NCBI RefSeq assembly: GCF_009914755.1
Contig: NC_060926.1
Origin: the human T2T-CHM13v2.0 reference genome, Homo sapiens
Direction: 5' to 3' (one strand)
DNA length: 64,000 nt
The notes under the pieces are model-generated. The model was not told where the DNA came from. It worked only from the letters and a program-made list of their open reading frames with translations, and searched no databases. Shown here piece after piece: positions 1 to 13,191 of this stretch. Position 1 is the first letter of the stretch, and each line of letters opens with the position of its first letter. A program made the translations under genes and the position numbers.

Positions 1-81
1 TCTCAACTCCTGACTTCATGATCCGCCCACCTCAGCCTCCCAAAGTGCTGGGACTACAGGCGTGAGCCACGGTTCCCGGTC
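1..81 (-). mobile_element. Alu 5' part (continues beyond the window edge)
   Basis: ctcagcctcccaaagtgctggga(c)tacaggcgtgagccac is the reverse complement of the Alu left-arm start. Confidence 0.92.
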
Positions 82-1276
82 CTCTCCTGGTGATTCTTAA
101 GCATGCTGCGGTTTGCAAACCAAGGCCTCTACTCCAGAAAATTATGCCAGAATCAAAGCCATGATACACTCCATGCTCCCAGAGACTATATATTGAGTGT
201 AAAGGATCCATTCCCTCCTGAGTTGACAATGATAAGCCTATTAACCCATTCTCAGACTTCATAAGCAAAATAATTATTGGGGAAACTGGCATCTTTGTGG
301 CAAGGAAAAAGAGAACACATTACCTTTTAGTGTTTGTTAGAGGAAAGAATTGAGTTTCTTAGGAATTTTTAACTGTTCTAGGACTTTTCATCCTTAAAGT
401 TCATTGATGTATAGATATTAACTTCTTTTACCGCACAAATCCCTATGGCACGGTCAGGGGGCAAGATTACAAAATTCTGAATATAAAACTAAATAAAGAA
501 TAAAACGGGAAATAAAGGTCCATGTTTAAATAGGCATTTTAAAAATAAGTGCTAGTCTATCTCCAAGTCAAATTACATGGGGAAAAAGTGTCTTTTATAT
601 CAAAATTTCTGAGAACTTGTAAATACTTGTTTTTACCCATTTTAACGATAAAGAATACTTTGCTTCAATAATACAAAGCCAAGCATAGCAACTCCAGTGC
701 TTCCTGAGTCCCTCCCTGGCCTTTTAACCACAAAGTCATACGCTCTTTGTATCTTATCTTACAACTTGAAGGACCATCTCAGCTTTCCTCGTCAAGTAAA
801 GGCTTTCTACATTTTCTTAGTCCTGTTCTGTGTCATCTGCCTGTCAAGAAAGCAGTTGCTTGTTTGATTGTTAATTGCCCCTGTTTTTTTATTATAGAAT
901 GCATTCAAATTTTGGTAAGCAACATGTTCTTTTTGTAATTAGATATAGTGGTTAAAATATCTTCCAATTCACCATGCCATTTCCCTTTAATCAGCATACC
1001 AGCCAGGCTTTAAGATGATGTTGGAACCATATCTATATTGTTACCACAGCAGGACTGCTCAAAGAAAATTGTGTTACAAATACACTTTGCAATTGAAATG
1101 AAATTCGGAGGTAGGAGTGCTTTTATTTTACAGTCCTGAAATGTGTAAATGAAATGAAAGTAAAATGTGGATATTTCAATCATTTGTATCATCAAGATTC
1201 AAAGATTTTCTGTGGATCTTAGGGTATCTATGGCTACAGTTACCTAGTGATGCCGTTTGGAGTGCCTATAAGAGGA

Positions 1277-1585
1277 TGTATCAGTCAGAGTTCTCCACGA
1301 CTTTCTCTGTAAGGCAGACAGGCTGAAAACTGAGGCAGGAGCTGATGCAATGGCCTGGAGGCAGAATTTCTTCTCCAGGAAACCTCAATTTTTGTTCTTA
1401 GGCCTTGAATTGATGAGGCAAAGTCCACCCACATTATCAAGTGTGATTGCCTTTACTTAAAGTCAACTGATCGTAGATGTTTACCACATCTAGAAAATAC
1501 CTTTGTACTAATTCCAAGGTTAATGTTTGATTAAATTATGGGTATTGTAGCCTAGTCAAGTTGACACCAAAATCTAAGCATCACA
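1277..1585 (-). mobile_element. MLT2-type (MLT2D-like) ERVL LTR
   Basis: Ends ...gcctagtcaagttgacaccaaaatctaagcatcaca, reverse complement of the MLT2 start TGTGATGGTTAATTTTATGTGTCAACTTG. Confidence 0.7.
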
Positions 1586-1624
1586 GAAGACAAGAATGTT
1601 TTAAACACTTCCTCTTTAAATCCT

Positions 1625-1760
1625 CTTGGAGGGAAGTTGTATTAGCTCCATTTTATAGACAAGGAAATTGATGATTAGAAAGGCTAAATGATTTGCCCAA
1701 GATCAACCAGGAAATAAGGTCAGCCAAGCCCCTCCAAATCCAAAGCACAGGCCATTTCCT
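1625..1760 (-). mobile_element. MIR fragment
   Basis: ccattttatagacaaggaaattga...aggctaaatgatttgcccaagatca, MIR core in reverse orientation. Confidence 0.65.
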
Positions 1761-2075
1761 GGAGCATAACACAACCTGTGCAACCCTCCCTCTCCTCTAC
1801 CAATTCGGAAGCTATGTAGAAACAGGGCTCGATCATCCTGCCTCCTGCGTTTATCTTCTGGTGAGCTTGCCCCATGTGACCCTCTTTACCTTCTCTTAGA
1901 ACCAACTCATTTATGACTGATGGATCAACTCCAGACAAGCCAGAATATAAGGGATCATTTGGTGGCAGGGAATAAAAGAGGTCTGCAGCCAGACCCCAGA
2001 AGTTCAAAGCCAGGTTTTGCCATTGACTTTGTGTGTGTTCTTGGGCAAGTAACATAATCTTTCTAAAAAAAAAAA

Positions 2076-2295
2076 GCATAATGTTAAGCACCTGACTGCT
2101 GGAGCACAGACTGCCTGGGTTAAATCCCAGCTCTGCCTCTTACCAGCTGTACAACTCTGGACAGCTCCTTATCTCTCTGTGCCTCATCTGTAAAATAAGG
2201 ACAATAGCACCAACCATAGTAGGGAAGTAGTTAAATGAGACAATTCATGTAGTCACTTACAGACAAGTTTTGCACAAAATAAGTGCCCAATTATT
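2076..2295 (+). mobile_element. MIR
   Basis: agactgcctgggttaaatcccagctctgcc...ctctctgtgcctcatctgtaaaat, MIR core. Confidence 0.75.
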
Positions 2296-2834
2296 ATTAT
2301 TTATGATTCTACCTTCATTTCCTATCTGTCAAATAAGGATAAAAACAGGATGTGAAGGATTTACTGTGGAAACAACTTATGATGGTTAGTGCAGAGTGCT
2401 TTGCCTAGTGCGCGCTGCACTGGTAGACATCCAGTATATGTTAGCTGTCAAAGGCGAGTTCATCAATGTGGGAGTTGTCACCCTTCCTCTTCATTTTATC
2501 TCAGCACCTGGAATGTGGTAGGCAATTTAAATAATGAGAAAAGCACTTCATATTACCTGCAACCAAAGCCATGCCTAGCAGAATGGCATGTCAGGACTGG
2601 TCCACTCACTGAAAAAGAAAGGACACTGGAATCTATTGCCATGGGCATATGCAGAGAGTTCCACATTTCCTAATTAAAAAAAAATGAAATTGAAGATTGA
2701 CTACTACTTTACATCATACATACACATTTTTGAATGTATACATTTCTCTACTGTTGTTAGCCTCGGGCTGTAGAAATAAATCCAGACCTAGCACTCAATG
2801 AGTGGTATCCAGGATGGGCTCTTTTAGTATACAG

Positions 2835-3215
2835 TCCATGGGCCAACCTGTTTGTGTATGGTCCGTCCACTAAGAATGACCTTTAGCGATGAGCATTTGC
2901 AATTGATTTAATGATGTGGAATGCTGACATTGAACCCCAATTAAGTAAAACATCACAGCCCCCTACAAAGAAAATTCTACTCTTCTCATTAGTAGACCTG
3001 CATTACAATTATTGTACACAATGATGTACAAATTTTGTCAATAATTCTAATTATATTGTCAATAATTTCTAATTTTGTCAATACAATGTGGAAAATATTT
3101 TTCTCTTTTGTTATATAAGTACCTACATAATATTCTCAGTATTGCCTCTTGTCAGCAAAACCTAAAATATATTCACTTTCGAGATCTTTACAGAGCAAAA
3201 GTGTGCTGTTCCCTG
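2835..3215. mobile_element. MER58-like hAT-Charlie DNA transposon relic
   Basis: End motif aaacctaaaatat...ctttacagagcaaaagtgtgctgttccctg resembles the MER58 terminus. Confidence 0.55.
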
Positions 3216-4017
3216 TCTTAAGAGTATCTAGCTTGTGACTTTTCATTTCCAGCAGCTGAATACTATGAACTAACTACTAGCTCTTCACTGCTGAACACAT
3301 TTGCTTTGCAGAGGGAGAGTATATTGTATCTCAGAACACTTCCTAAACCACAGGAGAAAACACCGTTCTGTGTCTTGGCAGTTTTAAACTAAGAAAATTT
3401 TGTGCATCCAGTTCCTGTCCCACACTTAGCCGTGAAATAGAGTTATAAAACCATGTGATCAGAAACATTACATAGTGTTTTCTGGTCATAAAAACAGGGT
3501 CATCTTTTGCCTAAATGGACCCATTCTTTGGGAGGAAGTTACCTCATATCACATGATTAAAACTTGACTTCTAAGAACCACTGCTAAAGCTCTGGAGGCT
3601 ACAATCTAATTTATTTCATTTCTTCATTTTTTTAAATGACATCTTCCCCCCAAGAGCTCTTAAAAGTACACACTACCTTAGTTTCCTGTTGGAGTAGGAC
3701 ATTTTTGGCTCTTGACATCTTACAATTTCAACTAGATTCAAACATTAAAAGTCTATTAAAGAAAATATGAACTGATTTTCTATTAGGTAAGACAGTTCTT
3801 GCCCAACAGCAGGGAAGTCAAAACTGTGGATTTATGAAGGCTATAGGGAAATAAATTACAGAAACAATACCCTTTATCCAAATCTTTATGATTCAAACAA
3901 GGTTCTCGCTCAACATTTGAAAATTAAGATCTGGATCAAAAGGAAACAAACCCAAAAAAAAATAGAAAAGCACAACTAAAATAAGATAGAAATTTTCAGC
4001 AATCTTCAGTGAAAAGG

Positions 4018-4117
4018 TATATAAGTGTGTGTGTATATATATGTATATATATATACGTATATATGTGTATATATGTATATATGTGTATATATATATGTGT
4101 GTGTGTATATATATATG
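4018..4117. repeat. (TA/TG)n compound microsatellite
   Basis: Directly visible. Confidence 0.95.
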
Positions 4118-5526
4118 AAACAAGAATGCAGAAATGCACAAAGAGAAAGACAAGACCATATAGACTTTGCTTGTGTATTATCTCAAGAAACCCGGTAGGA
4201 AAATGGGGTCAGATGCTTACTGAAACACCCTGTGCTGTCAGATCCACAGAACATCAGAGAACATCACAAACACTGTCGTCCCAAAATAGAAGCTCTTCAC
4301 TTACAGAAGTCATAGGTCGTGACCTCCTGGGTTTTGGCCTCCTTCTGTATCACCCATTTCTAAAATTACCCTCAGCCGTCTGCCTGCAGGCTCCATGCTG
4401 GGAAAGGACACAAAGGGGTTTTGACAATTCTTTAAAAGTAGAAAAACGAAAGAAGCAATGCATTTGCCTGTTTCTTTCTTTTTTGCCAATTTGGATAGGA
4501 AACATTAGATTCCTTACATAGCAAGTCATAAATATGTTATTAATATATCTAAGTATTAAAACGGTTTTGGGGACTGAGATTGTTTCAAGCATTCCATACA
4601 ATATTTCTTTAAAAAGGCAAATATGTATCATTTCTCATCACACAAGTTTAAAATACATGTTTGAACTAATAATAGAAACTATCAAAAGATGTTCGATAGT
4701 GCTTTTTTCTTCAGAAGTCATTCTGAAGATCCATCTAGCTCCATCACTTCTATAATAGGTTTTAATAAAGAGGGGGAAAAAAAAACAAAAGAAGCCACAG
4801 AACCAGAAATATTAAAAAGTGAAATCGACTTTGAGAAATTAATTAGTTCCTCACTCAGCTGCACCTGCTGCCTCCACACTTACCCCATTCCACAACCCAA
4901 AGAATATCTTCAATTTTAAGCTTCATCGTATGAGACACCACAAATTTCCAAAACAAGCAATTGTCTCTTTAAGAAAATTTGACTTTCAAATGACCTTCAC
5001 ATATAAATAGCCACTTCCTGCCCCTTTTAATTTTGCACCCATAGGTACCAGGGTTAGTCCTCTTATGCCTTCTTAAGGAAGCCCTCTGTCCCCCAACTCC
5101 CCCACCTCCCACTCTTATAAGACTCAGATCCCAAACCCCACTTCCAGCCACAAATGTACCAATTCTCATAGGAGTATTTTTCTAGTAGGAGCCACTGGAA
5201 TCTATAAACTCTATTTTTGGTGGCCAAACCTCTGCCCCACCCCTTCCCCAAACCTGTACCTAACTACTCATCCATCCCTCAATCTGTCTAAAAAGACCCT
5301 AAATGCAATGGGAAAAACACTGAAATTAAAAGACATGTATTTATAAATATACAAATATATAAATATGCAATATATCCACATTGCAAATGTACATGTACAT
5401 ACAGGTATACCTGCATGTCTGTGTGTGTATTACATGCACATGGAATGTATAGATATGTGTGAGTAGGGAAGGAAAATAACTGACACACGGATCCAGATAG
5501 GGAGAGTGGCAGGCATGGCTGGTGGC

Positions 5527-5937
5527 TGTATTAGTCCGTTCTCAAATTACTATAAAGAAATATCTGAGACTGGGTAATTTATAAAGAAAAGAGATTTAAG
5601 TGGCTCATAGTTCCATAGGCTATATTGGAAGCATGATGCTGGCATCTGGAGAGACCTCAGGAAACTTTCAGTCATGGTGGAAGGCAAAGGGGAAGCAGGC
5701 ACGTCTTCCATGGTGGGAGCAGAAGGAGTACGGTTGAGGGGAAGGTGCTGCACACTGTTAAACAACCAGATCTCATGAGAACTCACTATCACAAGAACAG
5801 TGCCAATGAGGATGGTGTTAAACCATTCATGAGAACTCCGTCCCCATGATCCAATCACCTCCCACCAGGCCCCACCTCCAACATGGGATTACAAGTCTAC
5901 ATGAGATTTGGGTGGGGACACAGATCCAACTATATCA
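5527..5937 (-). mobile_element. MSTA-like MaLR solo LTR
   Basis: TG...CA termini (tgtattagtccgttct...aactatatca); 5-bp TSD GTGGC/GTGGT. Confidence 0.85.
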
Positions 5938-6328
5938 GTGGTCCACGTAGGTTTCTGTCACTGAACTGGTGCTCCCATCCCCTAGTTTAAGTGGTTGCTA
6001 ATAGCTGAAAGTTGTATCCTCCTGGTAATTATCCCTGGCCAGAGGAGATGCACTATACAAAATATGCCTGGTCATTAGCGTCTTGAACAAAAGTCCTGCT
6101 CCCTTTCCTCAAGGTGGGACAGCACTTGGTATTTTTCACACTATGGAGTTTTGTATTGGACCAGATGGAGCCCAGACTTCAGTGAAAGCCACATTTTCCT
6201 GGCTTCTGTCTTACTCTGCTGCTCTCACTCCCTTATGGTTTTTGCTTGAGAACAAGCATTGCCTCAATAAATCACTTGCTCAAGAATTTCTGTCTCAGGC
6301 TTGGTATATAAGGAACCCAGTCTAAGCC
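5938..6328 (+). mobile_element. LTR16-like ERVL LTR (apparently interrupted by the MST element)
   Basis: 3' end aataaatcacttgctcaagaatttctgtctcagg...ggaacccagtctaagcca. Confidence 0.55.
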
Positions 6329-6949
6329 AGGCAGCAACATATTAAGTAATCAAATACAAAAGCGGAAGAAAGAATTTAAGAGCTCAAGCATGCCAAGTCT
6401 TCTGTTTTGTTGAGCGTTTGTTGAAAAACATTTCAACTAGAGAAGAATCACACAATGAAATGTATTCCTGCTGTTGTTCCCAAGAGGGAATAGGACCTAG
6501 GGTAGAATTGTAGAGGAAACACAAGCAACAGATTGGGGACAAGGCTGGTATCATGTCATGCTTGGTTTCAAAAAACAGAAACCTACCCAGGCTGGCTCAA
6601 GTTCATAGAAAGAGGGTAGGGGCAATGAAAATACAGATTTTATGGAATTCATGGAAAGACTGAATAACCAGCCTGAAGAAGAATATAGAAGAGAAGAGCA
6701 CCAGGACCTCAGCAGGACTTTCTGGCTCTGTCCTCTCATACGCCACCAGATTCTTTTCTTTTCTCCTGAAATAATAGCTGACTCACATGTTTGAAGTCTC
6801 AAGTAAAATTTCTCAGACACAGTACTGGAAAAATGACCAAAGCGGTAGCAGCAGGTTTTGGGTCTTCCTGAGTCCCTACACAAAAACTAAGCAACTAGTG
6901 AACAAAACCCAAAGCCCATGGACAAAATTTACAATAAAACTAAGTGACA

Positions 6950-7350
6950 AGAATGAATGACTAAACAAATTGTGGTGCATTCATAAAATGGAATATTACC
7001 CAGTGATAAGAAGAAATGATGTACAAATACATGCTACAAAGTGGACGAAAATTGAAAACACTAGGTTAAGTGAAAGAAGCCAGACCCAAAATGTCGTATA
7101 ATTTATGATTTCTTGTATATGAAGTGTGCAAAATAGATAAATCCATAGACGCAGAAGGCCAATTGGTGGTTGCCAGAGGCTGGGGTCAAAGGGAAAAAGG
7201 GAAGAACTTCTTTAACGAGTACAGAGTTTTTTTTTGGAGTGATGAAATATCCAGAAGCAGATAGAGGGGGTAGTTGTACAATACTGTGAGTGGCTAAATG
7301 ACACTGAGTTGTGATTAATTTTATGTTATGTAAATTTCACCTCAACTGAA
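6950..7350 (+). mobile_element. Old L1 (L1MB/L1ME-type) 3' end
   Basis: aaatggaatatta...taagtgaaagaagccagac...ggtggttgccagaggctgggg, typical L1M 3' UTR motifs. Confidence 0.75.
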
Positions 7351-10300
7351 AGAAAAACTAAGTTCACAGGTAGTCCAATAAACCCCATAATATAAGTAGA
7401 AATGGGCTAAATCTCCAACAGCACCTAGAACTGTGTGTTATTGGCATCTGCATGGATGAAAGCAAAATGCAGCAAGAGGACATTTGATGAAGCTGAGAAG
7501 AGGAAAATCCCAGAAGAGTAGATAAATACTTCCTGGAAAGGATAGATGGTCCATTTGAAATCAATAGCTGGACAGTCATGCTTCCTCCAGCAATCAGTAC
7601 GGGCAAGGGGTTGCCCAAGAATTTCTGAAGAGCTAGCTGGGCAGTGTAGACCCCTGTGAAATCTCAGAAATGATCTACCACGCTATCTTCAAAAACAGAG
7701 CCCCACATTGAAGAGAAACTGCTAGGAGAATAACCATTATTAGACAGAACAGGGAGAACAGAAATAAGGAAAAGAGAAGGTGCAGATAAAAGCGCAGGGT
7801 GGGGCGGGGGGTGGGGATAGCCCGGCAATCTCAGAAACGGAGCTGCCATTTTATGTAACGTGAAAAAGTAAAGGAGAGGCAGTTTTGTGAAGCTGAAAGA
7901 TTCTCAGAACCCAGTTTTTCTCTAAAATGTCAGGAAAACTAAATTTACACAAAAAATGAGTAACTAAAAGCAGTAAGGTCAAATCCCATTCAAAAGTGCA
8001 AAAAAAGAACGAAGAGCAATGACATCCAGCAGGATGGAAAGTCTATGCCCAAAAAACAGATCAAAACAAAACAAGACAAGAAAGGCCGGCATAAATCAGC
8101 ATTAGGAAAACTCAAAAGGTACGTGACGGAATTGAAGAAAGAGTTAAAAATAAAGGGGAAAAATTGTTTGAGAAATGAAGACTGAATTAGACAAACACAA
8201 GAGTCAGTAAATACAACGAATAATGTTTTAAGAGAAATAGAAAGTTAAAAAAAGAGAATTTTTTTAAATCAGATAAATGAAGTAAGAGATAAAAATAGTT
8301 TGAGAGAATATGACAAATATTGAAGATAGACAAAGAAAATTCAACTGACAAATAAGGAAAGTCCCTGAAGAAGAAAACCAAAATAAGAGAATAAAACAAA
8401 TAAATATTTAAAAGTATAATTATAGAAAACTTTCCTGAAATAAAAAAAAAGTGTGTATAATTCTCAGCAGCATGAGAATATTGAACCAGAACAACCAACA
8501 CCAAAATATATTCTAGTAAAATTACTGGACTTTTAAGAGAAAGAAGAAATTTGAGGGACACCTAGGCAAATGAACACATACCTTAGAAAGAAAATTAAAT
8601 TGGCTTCAGAGTTTTTCACAGTGACATTTACGGAAGGAGAAAATTGACCCACATATTTAATGTTCCCAAAGAAAGAAACTGTGAGCTAAGGATTTTACAT
8701 CCTACAGAGCTTATTTTCCAAGAATAAAGGGTACAGAAAAGTCATTACCAACAACTGAGGAAATATTGTTCCCATAAACCCCACCCCCCCTCCACAAGGA
8801 CTCTGCTAAAATCAAGCTTGAGACAATGAAAATGACGAGAAAGACATCAACATAAGGACTGCTGGTGAGCACTAAGCATGTGATAACTCACAGCAGGCAT
8901 ACTAAGTGAGCATTAGAAAGGAGAAAATCTAATATGCAAATGGCTCTATGACCAGACAATTACGATATAGTACAACCAGAAAAATGTGGGAGAGTGAGGA
9001 CTGCATTACTAAATAACAATAATAATAAATAATAATAAACAATAAATAACAATAGCAGTAACTGTTTTTAGTAATCGGAAGTGGTGAAAGTATTATTAGT
9101 CTTGTTATTCTGAGATCATTGCATGAGTAATGTGGAATAAAGTAAATGAGTTTTTTTTGGGATTTTAATTCTATCATTCCCTGTGGCCTTGAGAAATAAG
9201 ATTCTTAGTGAAAAAGACAGGAAATATAGTCTTGAGAAATAGGATTCTTAGTGAAAAAGACAGGAAATAAAGATTTAATATAGGAGAGGTTAAGTGAAAA
9301 GCAATTCCTAAATTTGAGTTGGATATTTCTGTATGAATTCACAAGATTGTTGATATACATATGTGTGCACGTGCAAGTATATATTATTATATATCATATT
9401 TTTGAATACATATATATTTATTTCATACATTTATTTACAAGTATATTGTATATATGGATTATATATAGTATTTTTAAATACATGCACATATATATTTATT
9501 TCAAATATTTATTTTATGTATGTATGTGTATATATGCAATTTGTGTATGTATGTTAAAAAAATAAACACACATATGTATTTATTTCACATACTTATTTCT
9601 CTTCTTTGGCTCTCACCACTTAAAAGATCTAGAAACAATGACCCAACCCAAGATCAATGAGGGTCCCTAAAACCCAGATTATGGTCTTGAAATACCATTT
9701 TACACTAAAAGAAACCTTTTAGTTTCTTTATGAAACTGTGGGAAGTTCCATAAAGAAAAGAGAAATGGCTTATTCCTGGCCCTAGGCAAGAAACATATAA
9801 AATAAACCAAGGACCTCTTGATGTACCGGAGAGTGGGGGAGCTATAAGAGACTGTTAGGACCACAGCAAAAAAATAAAAAATAAAAAATCAGGAGCCCAT
9901 CCAAAGAGTATCTCACTTGCAAAGACAAGCCAACTTGAACTCCAATAAAAATAAGAATTGTGATAAATGAAAATCTATCAAATATGTCTAAATCACGAGA
10001 TTATAATGTTTAAAAATCATATTAAAAACTGCTCATCTGAGGAGGACAGGAATCCAGTTCATTGTCTCAAAAAACTGAGTAAATAAAAGGAAAGAATCAT
10101 ATATTTGTCTTGTGTTTTCTACATGAACTACACCACTAGGTAAATGAGGACAAGCATCTCTTTATAAAATTATCCCAGCTAATAAGTAAAAACAAAATAA
10201 TAAAATTAGAATAGCATCACTTTTTAACCCCCAGTGAATTAATACAACTGGGCACTGAGTATCAATATCTCTGATCAATATCAAAAAGCATCAATATCAA

Positions 10301-10520
10301 AAAGCAAAATAAACATTATAGGCCATCTTATCCATGAAACATCACCACCTGTGGTCTTTTCAAGGGAACGGAACTGGAGTCTCATCCATTCCCTGTATCC
10401 AGCTGCTAATTTGCAGGAAAGACAGAGGGCAGAGAAGCATGCTGACGTGCACCAGGAGTTTGCAATCAGCAAAATCCAGATAGAGGGAAACTCTACAGGT
10501 CAAATCGGCTAGAATCTTCA
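7350..10520 (+). mobile_element. Degenerate ancient L1/HAL1-like fragments (ORF1-like A-rich segment ~8050-8760)
   Basis: Strong A bias; ORF1-like motifs (gaaagtccctgaagaagaaaac, aaaattactggactttt, aaggattttacatcc); no intact ORF. Confidence 0.5.
9188..9269 (+). repeat. 43-bp tandem duplication (2 copies)
   Basis: cttgagaaata(a/g)gattcttagtgaaaaagacaggaaata at 9188 and 9231. Confidence 0.92.
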
Positions 10521-11510
10521 AAAGATAAGTTGTAAGGAAAGGAAATGGTTGGGGGGTTTCCTAAAAACAGATTCTGAGACAGAGATTTGTGCGCAGAAGG
10601 TTTATTGGGGAATAAACTATAGAACGACATTTGTAAGAAAGTGAGTGGAGCAATAAGATTGGGCAGAGGGAGGCTGACCTACCATGTAGGTGTAACAAAG
10701 ACACAGCACTGGAAGGGTGGCTTTTCACAGTTACTCGAATTGACAGAAGAGAGACAAACCAAGTTAGGCTTTGCCTAGACTAGTCAGCAGATGCAGGCTA
10801 TCCCCAGGAAACCGGCCTAGAAGCCCCCCGTTTTTTGCCATCTTTCCTCAGCATGTCCACTTACTTCATCAAAGCAGCAAGGACAGTTTCCAGAGGAACT
10901 CTGCTGGCAAGGCAGGGTCTTATAGAATGTAATGTAATCATGGATGACGTTCCCCTGCCTTTGCTATGTTCTATTAGTGAGAAGCAAGTCATAAGTCCTG
11001 CCCACACTCAAAAGGAGAGCATTATATGAAGGCATGAATACGAGGAGGCAGGGCTCATAGAGGACATCCTAAGAGTGTCCCCACGGTCCCCCTGACAGAT
11101 GGTGATGGGCACTGGAGGGCGCACCACAATATCATCTATAAAGCGCCACCTGTAGATTACAAGATACTCCTAGGTCTAAGAGACTTCTATGATTTTTTTT
11201 AAGTGGGTACGACTAAACCATAGGGCCTACGGGTGCACAGTTTAATGATAAGAAAGAAGCTTGAGGAAGTGATCAATATAAAAGTTGGGATAATTATTGG
11301 GACGGGGTACCTGAAGGGGCTTCAGAGTTGGTGGGAAAAGTTATACTTCTTATCCAAGGGAATGGTTATAAAGGTGTTTGCCTTATAATAATTCATGAAG
11401 CAAAGCCTTTGTTTTGCATTCCTTTTGATATCTGTATTTTATTTTAAAGCAAAAAAAAAAATCCAGAATAAGAATACAATTGGTTCAGTTGAGACAATTG
11501 TCCAGCCTCT

Positions 11511-12083
11511 TTTTTTTAATTTTCAAATTTTATGACTATATAGTAGGTGAACATATTTATGGGATACATGAGATACTTTGATACAAGCATGAAATGCGTA
11601 ATAATCACATCCTGGTAAATGGGGTATCCATCATCTCAAGCATTTACTTTGTATTAAAAACAATCCTATCATACTCTTTTAGTTATTTTTAAATGGGTCC
11701 TATTCATTCTAACTACTTTTTGCACACATTTATCATCCCCAATTTCCCTCCACCTCCCTCACTACCCTTCCCAGGCTCTGGTAACCATGCTTCTACTCTC
11801 TGTCTCCGTGAGTTCAATTGTTTTAATTTTTAGCTCCCACAAATAAGTGAGAACATGCAACATTTATCTTTCTGTGCCTGGCTTATTTCACTTAACATGA
11901 TGACCTCCAATGCTATCCATGTTGTTGCAAATGACGGGATCTAATTCTCTTTCTGGCTGAATAGTACTCCATTGTGTATACACACCACACTTTATTCATT
12001 CATCTGTTGATAGACACTTACGTTGCTTCTAAATCTTGACTGTTGTGAACAGTGCTGCAACAGATGTGGGAATGCAGATATGC
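11511..12083 (-). mobile_element. 5'-truncated L1MA (L1MA2/3-like) with TSD
   Basis: Poly(T) then L1MA 3' UTR; flanked by tgtccagcctct (11499-11510) and tgtccagactct (12084-12095). Confidence 0.85.
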
Positions 12084-12629
12084 TGTCCAGACTCTTAAAT
12101 CACCTGGTTGCTAGAGATCATAACAACATTCTTTGTTAAAAACATGGCCTCTCTTTTTAGCAGGGCTACGCCAGGTGAGCAGTTTCAATAAAGGATGAGG
12201 GAGCAGGATAGAATGAGAGTTGAAAACAGTACTGGCTAATGCTAGGACTTCCAATTTAGAAACTTTGTTCATTTATGGTAATCTAGGTCAAAAAGCATGA
12301 ATTTCTGGAGCTGGGGCCAAGTTGGGGGCCCAGGTGGCAGTGAGTGATGGGAGAAAATGTGCAGTCACCTCATGTCAGTGCCCACTGGGGAGGGGTCTGG
12401 GAAGAAGGATGGGTGCCTGGTGGGTACTTTTCCACCTTTTATTTCCAGATTTTGTTTTTAATCTAAACTTACAGGTTTGTATTATACAAGGACAGCCAAT
12501 AAAGGAAGACTATAACGGTGAAAAAGCAAAACAAAACAAAACAAAAAACCATGCATTTCCTCTTACCCAAGCAGCCACGTAGGTACAGAATAAAGCTGTG
12601 TCAAAATTTTTGGCACCATGGAAATAATA

Positions 12630-13175
12630 GCAGATAACATCAGTGAGAATGTTTTTTGGCAACAAAACCAAATTCAAACTGGCTTAAGCACAAAGGAATT
12701 TTAATCTCTTACATAGCAGAAAGTCCAAAGCTGAATCAAACTTCAGGGTTGGTTAATTCAGCAGACCACGGGGTCAAGAGGAACCAAGTTCTTTCTTTTC
12801 TCTTCTGCCCACATCAGATGCCTGATAAAGTTGGGTGGAAATGGCTGAATTAGCACCGAACACCATATCATGAGACAAGGGCAGGGGGAAGAAGATAAAG
12901 AGTCTGTCTCTTCTTTTGCCTTTTTTCTGAGGGGACAGGCAAAACTTTTCCAAGAAACAGTTTGCAGATTCTTCCTCAAGTCACGTGCTTATTTTTAAAC
13001 AAATCGCCATTTAGGGAAATGTGATTCCTCTTAGTGAATTACACCCACTCCTAGAGCAGGAGGGAGGGGAATTCAACCTCTATTAAGTCACACAGCTAGC
13101 TGCACAGGGTTGACTAAATACCTGAGTAATATCAAAGTTCTATTAGAATGGAAAAAGAAGGGAATGGACACTGAG
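12630..13175 (-). mobile_element. Old MLT1 (MLT1K-like) LTR
   Basis: caaaaccaaattcaaactggcttaagcacaaaggaattt motif typical of MLT1J/K/L. Confidence 0.5.
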
Positions 13176-13191
13176 GAAGCCATCAAGGATT

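Noticed and set aside
3893-4521. 170-aa and 88-aa ORFs
   Set aside because: They are kept open by the TA/TG microsatellite (YI/CV repeats), with no recognisable domain.
8187-8561. 124-aa hydrophobic ORF resembling a membrane protein
   Set aside because: It is antisense to A-rich L1-like sequence; the F/L/I richness is compositional.
9188-9269. Repeat pair considered as CRISPR-like
   Set aside because: There are only two adjacent copies, no spacers, and the context is eukaryotic.
12325-12342. CTCF-like ggcccaggtggcagtg
   Set aside because: It has three mismatches in the 5' half and is too weak to call without ChIP data.
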